DNA of 64,000 bases. It comes from an uncultured Burkholderiales bacterium (GTDB lineage Bacteria; Pseudomonadota; Gammaproteobacteria; Burkholderiales; SHXO01). The notes below the pieces were generated by a model. The model saw only the letters and a list, made by a program, of their open reading frames with translations, had not been told where the DNA came from and did no database searches. This document shows positions 1 through 8,126 of the stretch, piece after piece (positions within the stretch are counted from its first letter, which is position 1; each line of letters starts with the position of its first letter). Location: the NCBI GenBank assembly GCA_964386195.1, contig CAYLTE010000003.1, forward strand, positions 99 through 64,098. Direction: 5' to 3'. The position numbers and the translations under genes were made by a program.

Positions 1-850
1 GCGCAGGTGCCGCCGGTGGAGCGACGGGCGCAGGTGCGGGCGGAGCGGGCGGGGCAGCCGGAACGGGGGCTGCCGGCGCCGCAAGCTGCGGTACGACTTG
101 CCGGACGGGGTTCACAATGTTCTTGACATCATCACCCTTGGCACGCTCCTGGACCTTGGCGTACTCTTCCGCCGTCAGGAACCGGTTGAACGAGAACAGT
201 GTCTTCGGGTACGCCGCGGTGGTGTCGAAGGTCACGTTGGTGACCACCGCGTTAACGGAGATGTTGCGCTCGCTCAGCGCCTTGACATACTTACCCCAGT
301 CACCCAGCGAGGTCGGCGTGATGGCGAAGCCCAGGGCCTCGTACGCGAGATCCTGACCTGGCAGCATGGCCAGGCGCTTCTCGTCGGAGCACGCCTTGAT
401 CTCCTTGCCAGTGACCTTGGATATCTTCGAGCCCCACTGGTTCTGCTTGCAGGTCGCGCAGTTCGGCGACTGCGGGGCCAGGATGTGCGAATCCGGCACC
501 TGGCCGTTCTCGGACGAGCAGGTCGGCTCCTTGTCGTCCCCCGGCTGGTACTCGCCTTCGTAGAATTTCTTCGAGAGGTCCGGGTTCGCTGCGACCACGA
601 CGACCTCCAGCACCATGCGGGGCAGGGCTGGTTGGCCGGGCTGTGCTGGCATCATCAGCGTGACGGTCTCGCCGCCCTTGACGATGTGGAACTTACTGCC
701 CTTGATGCTGATCCGCGGGAAGCCACCAGTCTTGATGCCGCCGGCCGCGGCGGCGTTGTAGGCCGCGATGGCGGCGACGGCTTCTGCTGTCTGCAGGTGC
801 GCCGGGAGTTGGATGTTTGCGGGGAGGATTGCTACGGAAGTGCCGGACAT
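1..850 (-). CDS. early protein, 3' end outside window; Cys cluster and Pro/Ala-rich tail; possibly ssDNA-binding or recombination-associated (function uncertain)
   Basis: ATG at complement 848-850 preceded by GGAGAA. The frame stays open to position 1, so it is absent from the ORF track. Translation starts MSGTSVAILPANIQ...FPRISIKGSKFHIV, contains ...CSSENG...CATCKQNQWGS... and ends in a PAAPVPAAPPAPP tail. Confidence 0.6.
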   Translation of the reverse strand, partial: MSGTSVAILPANIQLPAHLQTAEAVAAIAAYNAAAAGGIKTGGFPRISIKGSKFHIVKGGETVTLMMPAQPGQPALPRMVLEVVVVAANPDLSKKFYEGEYQPGDDKEPTCSSENGQVPDSHILAPQSPNCATCKQNQWGSKISKVTGKEIKACSDEKRLAMLPGQDLAYEALGFAITPTSLGDWGKYVKALSERNISVNAVVTNVTFDTTAAYPKTLFSFNRFLTAEEYAKVQERAKGDDVKNIVNPVRQVVPQLAAPAAPVPAAPPAPPAPAPVAPPAAPA

Positions 851-866
851 AAAGTTCTCCAGAGTT

Positions 867-899
867 AAAAAGAAAAGGCGCCTGGGTCGTCAGCTCAGG
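867..899 (-). terminator. possible weak intrinsic terminator or attenuator
   Basis: Imperfect hairpin CCTGAGC..GACCCAGG (881-899) followed on the minus strand by CGCC then TTTTCTTTTT (867-876). The stem is imperfect and the U-tract is offset. Confidence 0.3.
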
Positions 900-924
900 T
901 TAAGTGTGACGCACGCCCGAAAAA

Positions 925-1410
925 TTACTTGCCCTTGCCGCGACGCCACTGCAGGTCGCGGAACGAGTCCCACTTGACTCCGGGCGGCGGCGCGTTGTTG
1001 GTCTCGATGTACTCGCCGACCGCGGTCTTGTTCACGGCCTTGTTCAGCAGGTTCCAGTTGCCGGCGGCGCGGATGTGCTGCTTGATCTGTGCCCAGGCCG
1101 CTTCGAGGCCCGGCAGCGGCGGCACCTCCACGATGTAGTCCAGAGTCTCCTCGAAGTTCACCACGCCAGCCGAGGTCTTTGCCTGAAAGAAGGCTTGGTC
1201 ACCGCTGGCGACCTTGTACTGCTGCATGTTGCCGTTGTTCATGAAGTCCTTCACGAACGTCTCGCAGAGCTTCTGCTCCTCCAGCAGGGGCTCCAGTTCT
1301 GCCTTGTGCCGCCCCTGGGCGAGTGCGATCTCTTCAGCCAGCGCAAAGCGGCGCTCCATTGCTTGCGCAGCCAGTTCGCTGTCCGTCATTTGCTGTTCAG
1401 TGTCTGCCAT
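925..1410 (-). CDS. hypothetical early protein (161 aa)
   Basis: ATG at 1408-1410 with GGAGGGG RBS; coding-like composition; no motif recognised. Confidence 0.8.
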   Translation of the reverse strand: MADTEQQMTDSELAAQAMERRFALAEEIALAQGRHKAELEPLLEEQKLCETFVKDFMNNGNMQQYKVASGDQAFFQAKTSAGVVNFEETLDYIVEVPPLPGLEAAWAQIKQHIRAAGNWNLLNKAVNKTAVGEYIETNNAPPPGVKWDSFRDLQWRRGKGK

Positions 1411-1465
1411 AACCCCTCCGTGGGTTGTGAGATAAGTCTGACAAGAGCTTTACTGAGAAAGTTCC

Positions 1466-1642
1466 CTAACCCTTTGGGGCGGAGTGGAATATGTCATATA
1501 CCATTCCGCAGTTTGCCACAGCGTAGCCCAGGAACGCTACCGTCATCCCGGGACGCGCGCCGACATAGTAGGCGAAGGCTGCAGCCACGTACAGCAAGCC
1601 GCCGACGCCGAAAAGGACGGCGATCCAGTGTGCAAAAGTCAT
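1466..1642 (-). CDS. small membrane protein (58 aa)
   Basis: ATGA overlap with the helicase stop (1639-1642). Product MTFAHWIAVLFGVGGLLYVAAAFAYYVG... has two hydrophobic helices. Confidence 0.6.
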   Translation of the reverse strand: MTFAHWIAVLFGVGGLLYVAAAFAYYVGARPGMTVAFLGYAVANCGMVYDIFHSAPKG

Positions 1643-3222
1643 ATCAGTTCCTCTCCGCGTTCCACCATGTCCATCAGGATACCCTGCGTACTCTGCCTGG
1701 TCTCCAGGCGTTTGTACATCTTCCGCTCGATCGCACTGCCCGCCAGCCCGATGATGTTGGCCACGTACTTCTGTCCCGGGCGGGTGATCCGGCCGTTCGC
1801 CTGCTCGAAGATCTTGTTCGAGTCGATCGGCGCATACCACACGATCGTGCTGGCTTCCGTCAGTGTCAGCGCATGCGCCATGCACTGCGGATGAGCCACC
1901 AGGACGCTCGGGTCGGGCTTCTGCTGGAAGTCACCGAAGATCTGATCGCGCTCGTGCTTGGGAACGTCTCCGTACACCACAGCGCAAGACCAGTGCTTGC
2001 TGATCTCCCGCTGCAGCATGTTCGTGACCTCGGTGAACGGCACATACACGATCACTTTCTCGTTACACTGCTCGATCAGTTTCAGAAGTTCCTCAACCCG
2101 CGTGCCGGCGTCGATCTCGTGCGGCTTGCCGTCCAGGTCATAGACCACCCCGCAGGCAATCTGCAGCAGCTTGGAACGCTTTACACCTTCATTGACCGCC
2201 GAGATACGCCCGCCCTTGATCTCAGTGTACAACTCGCGGTTCAGTTCCTTGTAGTGCTTGGTCTGCTCAGCGGACAATACGACATCGCGCTGCGAGTGGA
2301 GTTCCCCAGGCAGGTCCAGGCAGTCGTCGCGCTTGTACCGGATGGACGGGCGCATCGCCTCGAAAACGATCTTGTTCGCTTCTGGCCGCTCCGTCCACAC
2401 GTAGACCGACTGGTGCTCCATCGTCAGGTTCCTGAACGTGGAGAAGTACTTGGGCACGGTGTTCGGCGTGATGAGCTTGCACTGCCCATACACGTCGGTG
2501 GGCTCCTGCGGGCGTGGTGCGCCGGTGAGACCCCAGACCCACGGCTTCGGGGGGCGCTTGGTCTTGGGGTCCGGCCACAGTAGCGCATTCAGGGACTTCC
2601 ACTTCGCCGTCTGCTTGTTGCGGTACTCGGCAAGCTCGTCAATGATCCAGATGTCAATGTCGTCCCGCAGTGCGAGTTCTTTCTCAACGACCCCGATGCC
2701 CTCGTGATTGATGATGTAGAAGTCGTAGGGCTGCGCCAGCAGCTTCTTGCGGCGCGCGGCTGACCCGTGCAGCACGACTGCCTTACGATGGCGGAAGTGG
2801 TAGAAGAGCGTATCCGCCCAGGCACGCTCCAGCGAGGACAGCGGCGCGATGATGATCGCCTTGCGCCCCGCCTTGACCTGCATCAGATAGTCCGCTGCCC
2901 ACGCGGCAGTCAGCGTCTTTCCCGTACCGATACCGTTTAAACAGTATGCGTGCGGGTTCGAGAGGAGGAAGCCTGCGGTGACCGGCTGGTGCTCGAACGG
3001 CTTTGGCACCAGCGACTGCTCGCGCGGCCAGTGATAGTAATACTCGATCGGCGACGGCGGCCGGAGCCCCATCGCTGCCAGCCGGATGCAGGAGTCCAGG
3101 TCATGCGGCATCCCCACGTTCCCCCCGCCCAGATCAAAAGCAGTGGGGATGGTCTGCAGTATCTGGGCGGGGTTCGCAACCGTCGCGAGGAGGCCGCGGA
3201 TGTCGGGGTGGACTTGAAACAC
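1639..3222 (-). CDS. SNF2/DEAD-like superfamily 2 helicase
   Basis: Walker A GIGTGKTLTA, DEAH-like IIDELAEY, C-terminal GRITRPGQ helicase motif. Start is ambiguous: GTG at 3222 overlaps the upstream TAG, and the ORF is open to 3264. Confidence 0.88.
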   Translation of the reverse strand: MFQVHPDIRGLLATVANPAQILQTIPTAFDLGGGNVGMPHDLDSCIRLAAMGLRPPSPIEYYYHWPREQSLVPKPFEHQPVTAGFLLSNPHAYCLNGIGTGKTLTAAWAADYLMQVKAGRKAIIIAPLSSLERAWADTLFYHFRHRKAVVLHGSAARRKKLLAQPYDFYIINHEGIGVVEKELALRDDIDIWIIDELAEYRNKQTAKWKSLNALLWPDPKTKRPPKPWVWGLTGAPRPQEPTDVYGQCKLITPNTVPKYFSTFRNLTMEHQSVYVWTERPEANKIVFEAMRPSIRYKRDDCLDLPGELHSQRDVVLSAEQTKHYKELNRELYTEIKGGRISAVNEGVKRSKLLQIACGVVYDLDGKPHEIDAGTRVEELLKLIEQCNEKVIVYVPFTEVTNMLQREISKHWSCAVVYGDVPKHERDQIFGDFQQKPDPSVLVAHPQCMAHALTLTEASTIVWYAPIDSNKIFEQANGRITRPGQKYVANIIGLAGSAIERKMYKRLETRQSTQGILMDMVERGEELI

Positions 3223-3443
3223 TATTTTACCTTGCGCTCCAACAAGGTCTGACAGTCGATGCACCGGACCTTGCCCAGCGCAAGTCGTGGCGCCGGGATC
3301 TCGATCCCACAGTCCTCTGAGACGCAGTGCGCCCCATCAAAGTCCGGATGAGTCTCTGGCGCGCTTTTGCCACGGGCGCGACGCTCTGCGTCCGCCAGGC
3401 AGGTTTCGATTGTTTCGCCAGCAATATCGGCAGGATCAGCCAT
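3222..3443 (-). CDS. TraR/DksA-family C4 zinc-finger protein
   Basis: CVSEDCGIEIPAPRLALGKVRCIDCQ four-Cys motif in a ~73-aa protein, typical of phage TraR-like proteins. ATG at 3441-3443 overlaps the VRR-NUC stop by 8 nt. Confidence 0.85.
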   Translation of the reverse strand: MADPADIAGETIETCLADAERRARGKSAPETHPDFDGAHCVSEDCGIEIPAPRLALGKVRCIDCQTLLERKVK

Positions 3444-3813
3444 GTTTCTTTTCCTCAAGGAGCATTAAAATTTGTCGTTCGAGGTATTCGATATCCTCGA
3501 AACTGTCGCAGCACGCGGCAAAGCCCCCCGCATCAATGATCGCACGTAAGTTGTTTGCTTGGTGCTTGCTCATACCGCGATCCTTCTCCCCCCGCCGCCC
3601 GGGAGCTTTGGCTTCCACCGACACAAACAGGCCGATGCGCTTGCCTACCATCTCTGGCGTCACGACAACAGGTACACAACCGATGCGATCATGGATACCC
3701 TGCACGCCCAGCCCATTCTGACTCGGTGCATAATGCCACGCGCCGCGACGATCGTACCACGGTTTGACAATCTTGTCTTTGACGTGGTTCTCAGTCTCGA
3801 TTTTAATTTTCAT
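3436..3813 (-). CDS. VRR-NUC domain nuclease
   Basis: GIHDRIGCV...LFVSVEAKAP (D...E.K catalytic pattern) and appropriate size; ATGA coupling to the upstream gene. Confidence 0.85.
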   Translation of the reverse strand: MKIKIETENHVKDKIVKPWYDRRGAWHYAPSQNGLGVQGIHDRIGCVPVVVTPEMVGKRIGLFVSVEAKAPGRRGEKDRGMSKHQANNLRAIIDAGGFAACCDSFEDIEYLERQILMLLEEKKHG

Positions 3814-4001
3814 ATGGTTACCTCGAAGCGTTTACCTTGGTGGTGCTTGGTTAAATGCCAGCCCGAGCAATGCGGACACGAGTATACCCAAAGTTTCTTT
3901 TCACCAGGATACTTCTCCAGGGACTCCATCCCTGCGGCACGTGCTTGGCACTCATCCGTGTAGCGCCGCTTGCGCAGACAGACCAGGTTTGCGCGGATCA
4001 T
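3810..4001 (-). CDS. small hypothetical protein with CxxC pair (63 aa)
   Basis: ATGA overlaps at both ends; contains CPHCSGWH. Confidence 0.65.
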   Translation of the reverse strand: MIRANLVCLRKRRYTDECQARAAGMESLEKYPGEKKLWVYSCPHCSGWHLTKHHQGKRFEVTI

Positions 4002-4495
4002 AGGGGCCGCAGTTGCGCATTCGCTGGTAGATAGAGCGGGTGCGCCGGTGTGCCGTTCTTGTTTACGCGCAGTGCCTGCAGTACCGGCGCCGTACGCAAT
4101 TGGCGGAGCATGGAAATCACCTCGGCATCGCGGCCGAATAATTTGCCGTGGTTACCCCAGGCGCAAATGATGTAGCGGGCCATCATGGCTGCAGATATCA
4201 GATAGCGATCATTGTCCGGACCTATCGCCCGCAACCGACTCATGCGGGCCAATACTGCTGGATCCGTAGCGCGATACGCGAACAAGTTTACCACTTGCAG
4301 CCAATTGCACTGCAGCCGGCGCGCAAAATCCTTGCACCTGCGGATGGTCGGATCATCGACGTGCGCGTCGGCAGTAGAGGGGTTGAGCATAATGAACAGA
4401 CAAGTTGGCCCAACCACTGACCCATCCAGCGGCGCGCCCACAGGGCGCTGGAGAAAGTAACGGTACTGCTGGCACGGGGAGATAACTGCAGTCAT
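3998..4495 (-). CDS. DUF1643-like protein
   Basis: N-terminal C.QYRY.L.R...LFIMLNPSTAD...DPTIRRC pattern recalled from the DUF1643 family. Confidence 0.78.
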   Translation of the reverse strand: MTAVISPCQQYRYFLQRPVGAPLDGSVVGPTCLFIMLNPSTADAHVDDPTIRRCKDFARRLQCNWLQVVNLFAYRATDPAVLARMSRLRAIGPDNDRYLISAAMMARYIICAWGNHGKLFGRDAEVISMLRQLRTAPVLQALRVNKNGTPAHPLYLPANAQLRPL

Positions 4496-4782
4496 TTCGG
4501 CCGGCGCCCGACGATCACGCCGTTTATGGCGACGAACTTTGTACCCGGGAACCGGCAGCGGCCGACAGCGGCCATCTCGTCCCGGTACGCCGGCGTGCAG
4601 TCCGTGCAGAATGTGAAGCCGGGGGCAGCCGTCAACTGGGCCAGCACCTTGTACTTGCCGTAGTCCTCTTTGGAGTCAAAGCAAGCCGGCGTTTTCGCCG
4701 GCAGCGGGGCGGTGGAGCCTCCCTTCAAAGGCCGGCGTTTCGCACCGGCGGGGAGCATCCAACTGGGGTGCTGGTCTTTCAC
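4492..4782 (-). CDS. hypothetical Cys-containing protein
   Basis: GTGA overlap with the nuclease stop at 4779-4782 (alternative ATG at 4758). C-terminal FTFCTDCTPAYRDEMAAVGRCRF. Confidence 0.6.
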   Translation of the reverse strand: MKDQHPSWMLPAGAKRRPLKGGSTAPLPAKTPACFDSKEDYGKYKVLAQLTAAPGFTFCTDCTPAYRDEMAAVGRCRFPGTKFVAINGVIVGRRPK

Positions 4783-5489
4783 GAAGTCGCCCCCTTGTAC
4801 TTGACAGCCGCCACTGGGCATTTGCCTTCGCGGTTGGCGTCGCAGTAGCCGCACGCGCGCGGCGTCGGCGTGCGCGGGTAATCGCCGGCTTTCCACATGA
4901 TTTGCATGCGCTCCACGTCCGGCAGGAACGTCTGCCACATATCCGGGAGATCGCGACGATGGTAGAGCTTCGGAGAGATCTGGTTATGCCGCAACCAGAT
5001 GTACGCCGTGTCGATCACATCGACATCTGGATACTGGTGGAAGCCCACTGCGGCAAACAACCGAAGCTGATCCTCATCGATCCACATCTGGCCGTTCTTC
5101 CAGTCACCCAGGAACGCATAGGTGCCGTTGATGATAGCGAAGTCATATATCACGCGAACCCACGCATTGTCCCAATCTTTGTACCCGCACGGACGGAACG
5201 AACGATCCAGCGCGAGTTGTAACTGCGTGAGCTTAACGCCCGGGGACTGCAGGATCATCTGGGCCAGCCCTTCAAACTGCTGGTATTTCTCCGGCAGCGC
5301 GACACCCTTCGAGATACGTGCGGTCAAGGCATTGTCCACCTCCGTGCCAGCACGCATCGCCGCGGTCTCGACATACTCGCAGCGGTCTGGGTGACCTTTA
5401 GGCGCTACAGCAGTGTGCCACAGCTTAGCGGGGCACTCCTTGAACGTCTTGAGGCGCGAGAAAGACCACGCCAGATGGGTTGTTGGCAT
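4779..5489 (-). CDS. PD-(D/E)XK (Cas4/RecB-like) nuclease with C-terminal Cys cluster
   Basis: N-terminal SFSRLKTFKECP, a central D...D.K-type core (IYDFAIINGTYAFLGDWKNG) and C-terminal CGYCDANREGKC. Confidence 0.8.
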   Translation of the reverse strand: MPTTHLAWSFSRLKTFKECPAKLWHTAVAPKGHPDRCEYVETAAMRAGTEVDNALTARISKGVALPEKYQQFEGLAQMILQSPGVKLTQLQLALDRSFRPCGYKDWDNAWVRVIYDFAIINGTYAFLGDWKNGQMWIDEDQLRLFAAVGFHQYPDVDVIDTAYIWLRHNQISPKLYHRRDLPDMWQTFLPDVERMQIMWKAGDYPRTPTPRACGYCDANREGKCPVAAVKYKGATS

Positions 5490-5611
5490 TATTGGTTTTC
5501 CTCGTTGGCCAGATCACACAAGAAACACTGGCATGTATAGCTCGTAACCCATCCTTCAATAACGTCTTCCGGACGTGCGAGGTATCCCAAGGAATAGAAA
5601 TAATCACTCAT
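5489..5611 (-). CDS. small ORF (40 aa), not in the ORF track
   Basis: ATG at 5609-5611 overlaps the upstream stop by 8 nt, and its TAA overlaps the nuclease ATG (TAATG). Product MSDYFYSLGYLARPEDVIEGWVTSYTCQCFLCDLANEENQ. It fills an otherwise empty 114-nt gap. Confidence 0.5.
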   Translation of the reverse strand: MSDYFYSLGYLARPEDVIEGWVTSYTCQCFLCDLANEENQ

Positions 5612-7421
5612 GACTCGCCCTCCATTGTCCATTGATGATGTTGACCAAGCTCCGCTTGCCGTTCGCATAGATCAAGCAGTGTGTATGCAGCCACGAGGAC
5701 GGACCTCGATTGTACTCCAGCGTCAGCCGGGAACTGGTGCCGACCTGGTATGCGCCCTCCATGATCCCGGGCGAGTGCGAGTGCCCGATGATCGTACGCT
5801 CGCCGATGCGGCTGAAGCCCTTGCGTGACCCGCGTGCACCATTGGCGCCCTGATCGCCGTGGTAGCCGACCTCGATACCACAAATGCGGAAGCTCTCGTC
5901 CCGCGCCAGGAAGTGTGTGCGGGATGCGCACTTCATCTTCTGCTTCGCCCAGTAGACGAAGGGGTCGATGGTCTGCGCCCCCGACTCGCCCATCCTGGTA
6001 CCGAGCATCATGGCCTCGAACGTGCGCGCCCAGAACACACAGTTCACCGGGTCCGTCTTCGGGTTCGCCTCGCGCACCCAGCGTGCGATCACGTCGGGGT
6101 GGTTGGAAGGCACGAACACGTTCCGGCAATCTTTAGGCGTGCAGCGATCCACAAAATCGAACGTCTTCTGCAGGGCATTCTCGACGTTGTTCAGCCCGGC
6201 GTGGTGCTTCGCATACTCGATGAACGGGTTGTCGCGGTGGTGGTGGTTGCGTGCGTAGCCATCGTGAATATCATGCCACACCAAGTACGCGGGCTTCAGG
6301 GCGGCCACGATGCCGGCGGGGCCAAAAGTCGCCTCGACTACGCGCGGATCCACGAACTCCTCGTGTGTGTCGCCCATGACCAGTCCGGCAAGTTGCTCGA
6401 CCTTCCGCACTTTCTCGCCGGCGTACTCGCGGTCCAGGTCCATAAACGAGCCATCCTTGACGGCGTTCAGTTGTCGCAAATGAAAGGTCTTGCCGACGAT
6501 CTCCACGATACAGGCACCGTACGTGTGATGGAAGTCGCCCTTCTTGCCGGCCTTCGTTGGCGAGTAGTTCTTCATCGTTACCGCGCCCGTGGTCGTCATG
6601 ATTTTGGGCAGCTTCGCCTGCGGCGTCGGCACAGTGTTCAGTTCCAGCTTGGGGTGACCGATAATAGCAGAGTTCGCGCCGGAAATCGACTCGAAGCCCT
6701 GCAGCGGGGCGGATGCCGTAGGCTGGGTCTTGATGTCCGCCAGCAGCATGAGGTTGGGGTTCAGGCGCATGCGCTTGTCGAACAGGTACGGCGCCAACTC
6801 AGGCGCCCACCAGTCGTCGCTGTTCGCAGCCTTGCTCCAGTGGGACGTGGGGTTCTTGTAGCGGTACGGGATCACCAGCAGTTCGGCGGCGTTGTGCTTG
6901 CAGTACGTCAACAGCGACTGCAGGAACGCCTTATGCACCGGCGTCGCGTTCTGCGCAGCCGTGATGACGAAGCGCTTCACCTCTGCGGGCGTCTGCAGCG
7001 CGCGATGCCGCTGAGTAACTTGCGCCGCATCAAGCACTGCTGCCTTGGCTGGCATCTTCTTGCCGCGCGGTTTCACCGTGGAGGATAGCCCAAACGCCGC
7101 CGCGCGATTGATTCGCGCCCGCAGCGTTTCGCGCGGCATCTTTAACGCCCGGGCCGCGGCACTCAAGCTGCCATGGCGGGTAACCGCATTCAGCGCAGCT
7201 TGTGCAAGTCGCTTTGGCAGTCGGGTCATTCGCACCGGTGCAGCGCAGTCTGCTGGCGCGACCGTTGGTTTCAGGTTAAGTGCCCGGGCGCGGGCAGCAC
7301 GGGACTGCAACGTGGCGCGCGGGATCTTGGTTGCGCGCTCCGCCGCAACGGCGCCGCCATGCTTTGTGATGGCGTCCAGCGCGGCCTGAGCAACTTCGCG
7401 AGATAAGGGGGTCGTGGTCAT
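5604..7421 (-). CDS. calcineurin-like metallophosphoesterase with tandemly duplicated N-terminal HTH-like module
   Basis: Motifs GDTHEEFVD, WHDIHDG, PSNHPD, GYHGD and GHSHSPG in canonical order. The N-terminus carries two ~48-aa repeats (AQAALDAITKHGG...PRATLQSR and AQAALNAVTRHGS...PRETLRAR). ATGA coupling at 7419-7423. Confidence 0.8.
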   Translation of the reverse strand: MTTTPLSREVAQAALDAITKHGGAVAAERATKIPRATLQSRAARARALNLKPTVAPADCAAPVRMTRLPKRLAQAALNAVTRHGSLSAAARALKMPRETLRARINRAAAFGLSSTVKPRGKKMPAKAAVLDAAQVTQRHRALQTPAEVKRFVITAAQNATPVHKAFLQSLLTYCKHNAAELLVIPYRYKNPTSHWSKAANSDDWWAPELAPYLFDKRMRLNPNLMLLADIKTQPTASAPLQGFESISGANSAIIGHPKLELNTVPTPQAKLPKIMTTTGAVTMKNYSPTKAGKKGDFHHTYGACIVEIVGKTFHLRQLNAVKDGSFMDLDREYAGEKVRKVEQLAGLVMGDTHEEFVDPRVVEATFGPAGIVAALKPAYLVWHDIHDGYARNHHHRDNPFIEYAKHHAGLNNVENALQKTFDFVDRCTPKDCRNVFVPSNHPDVIARWVREANPKTDPVNCVFWARTFEAMMLGTRMGESGAQTIDPFVYWAKQKMKCASRTHFLARDESFRICGIEVGYHGDQGANGARGSRKGFSRIGERTIIGHSHSPGIMEGAYQVGTSSRLTLEYNRGPSSWLHTHCLIYANGKRSLVNIINGQWRASHE

Positions 7422-8110
7422 CAGGCTTGCTTGTCGTTCTCTTCCATCGGTTCGACCTTGACCCACTCCGCCGGCGTGGTCATCAGCAACTCGACCCCGC
7501 GCTCCAGGCGCTCCAGGGAGTCATTGTTCCAGAGTTGCCGTTCGCCGGGCAGGATGGTCAGCGGCACTGCGCTGGCGTGCGCGCTGGCAATAACGCCTTC
7601 GCCGCGATGAACATGCCAGATGTTTCCGCCGAACCGGTCGCCGAACGCGCCAGTCTTGATCCATTCGCGCTCATTCTCGAAGCGCGTACCGCACTCGACA
7701 AAGTGCTGCGGCGCATGCTCAGGGTACTGGTAGATCTTCTGCAAGCCGAAGATGAAGTCTTCCGCGCGGTCCAGCCAGTAGTTCGGGGTCTGTGCGCGGC
7801 GATACTCGGTGCCCCACCATTGGAGGACCTGGCGCGGTGACAGCGGAGTATCGCCCGAGTCAATGAATTCCTTCAGCACGTTCGTGAACCCAGAATCAAG
7901 GCAGTTCTCGCCCGCGAGTTCCGCGAGCGGTATTTCCTTGGTCTCGCGATTCCGCAACAGCGACTCGTCTTCAAGCGCGAATGCGTTGCGCACCTCGGCG
8001 TACAGCGCATCGCTGAAGGCAAACTTCACGAAGCCGAACGTACGGACCAGGATGTCCGCGACTGAGTCTTTTCCGGCGCCTGCCGGTCCTGCGAGTCCAA
8101 TGACAATCAT
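7421..8110 (-). CDS. P-loop kinase, deoxynucleoside-monophosphate-kinase-like
   Basis: MIVIGLAGPAGAGKDS Walker A at the N-terminus; GGAGGG RBS. Family assignment is from recalled similarity to phage dNMP kinases. Confidence 0.72.
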   Translation of the reverse strand: MIVIGLAGPAGAGKDSVADILVRTFGFVKFAFSDALYAEVRNAFALEDESLLRNRETKEIPLAELAGENCLDSGFTNVLKEFIDSGDTPLSPRQVLQWWGTEYRRAQTPNYWLDRAEDFIFGLQKIYQYPEHAPQHFVECGTRFENEREWIKTGAFGDRFGGNIWHVHRGEGVIASAHASAVPLTILPGERQLWNNDSLERLERGVELLMTTPAEWVKVEPMEENDKQA

Positions 8111-8126
8111 ATACCCTCCAGAAAAA

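Noticed and set aside
1075-2583. Long antisense ORFs opposite real genes, for example 1075-2583(+), 5859-7088(+), 8391-10211(+), 28044-29510(-), 42638-44827(-), 46026-48401(-), 50466-51326(-), 51342-52577(-), 56678-57520(-) and 62390-63715(+).
   Set aside because: These are typical high-GC shadow ORFs. Their products are Arg/Pro/Gly/Ala/His-rich and low-complexity, with no RBS and no motifs. Each lies opposite a gene with clear catalytic motifs or operon coupling.
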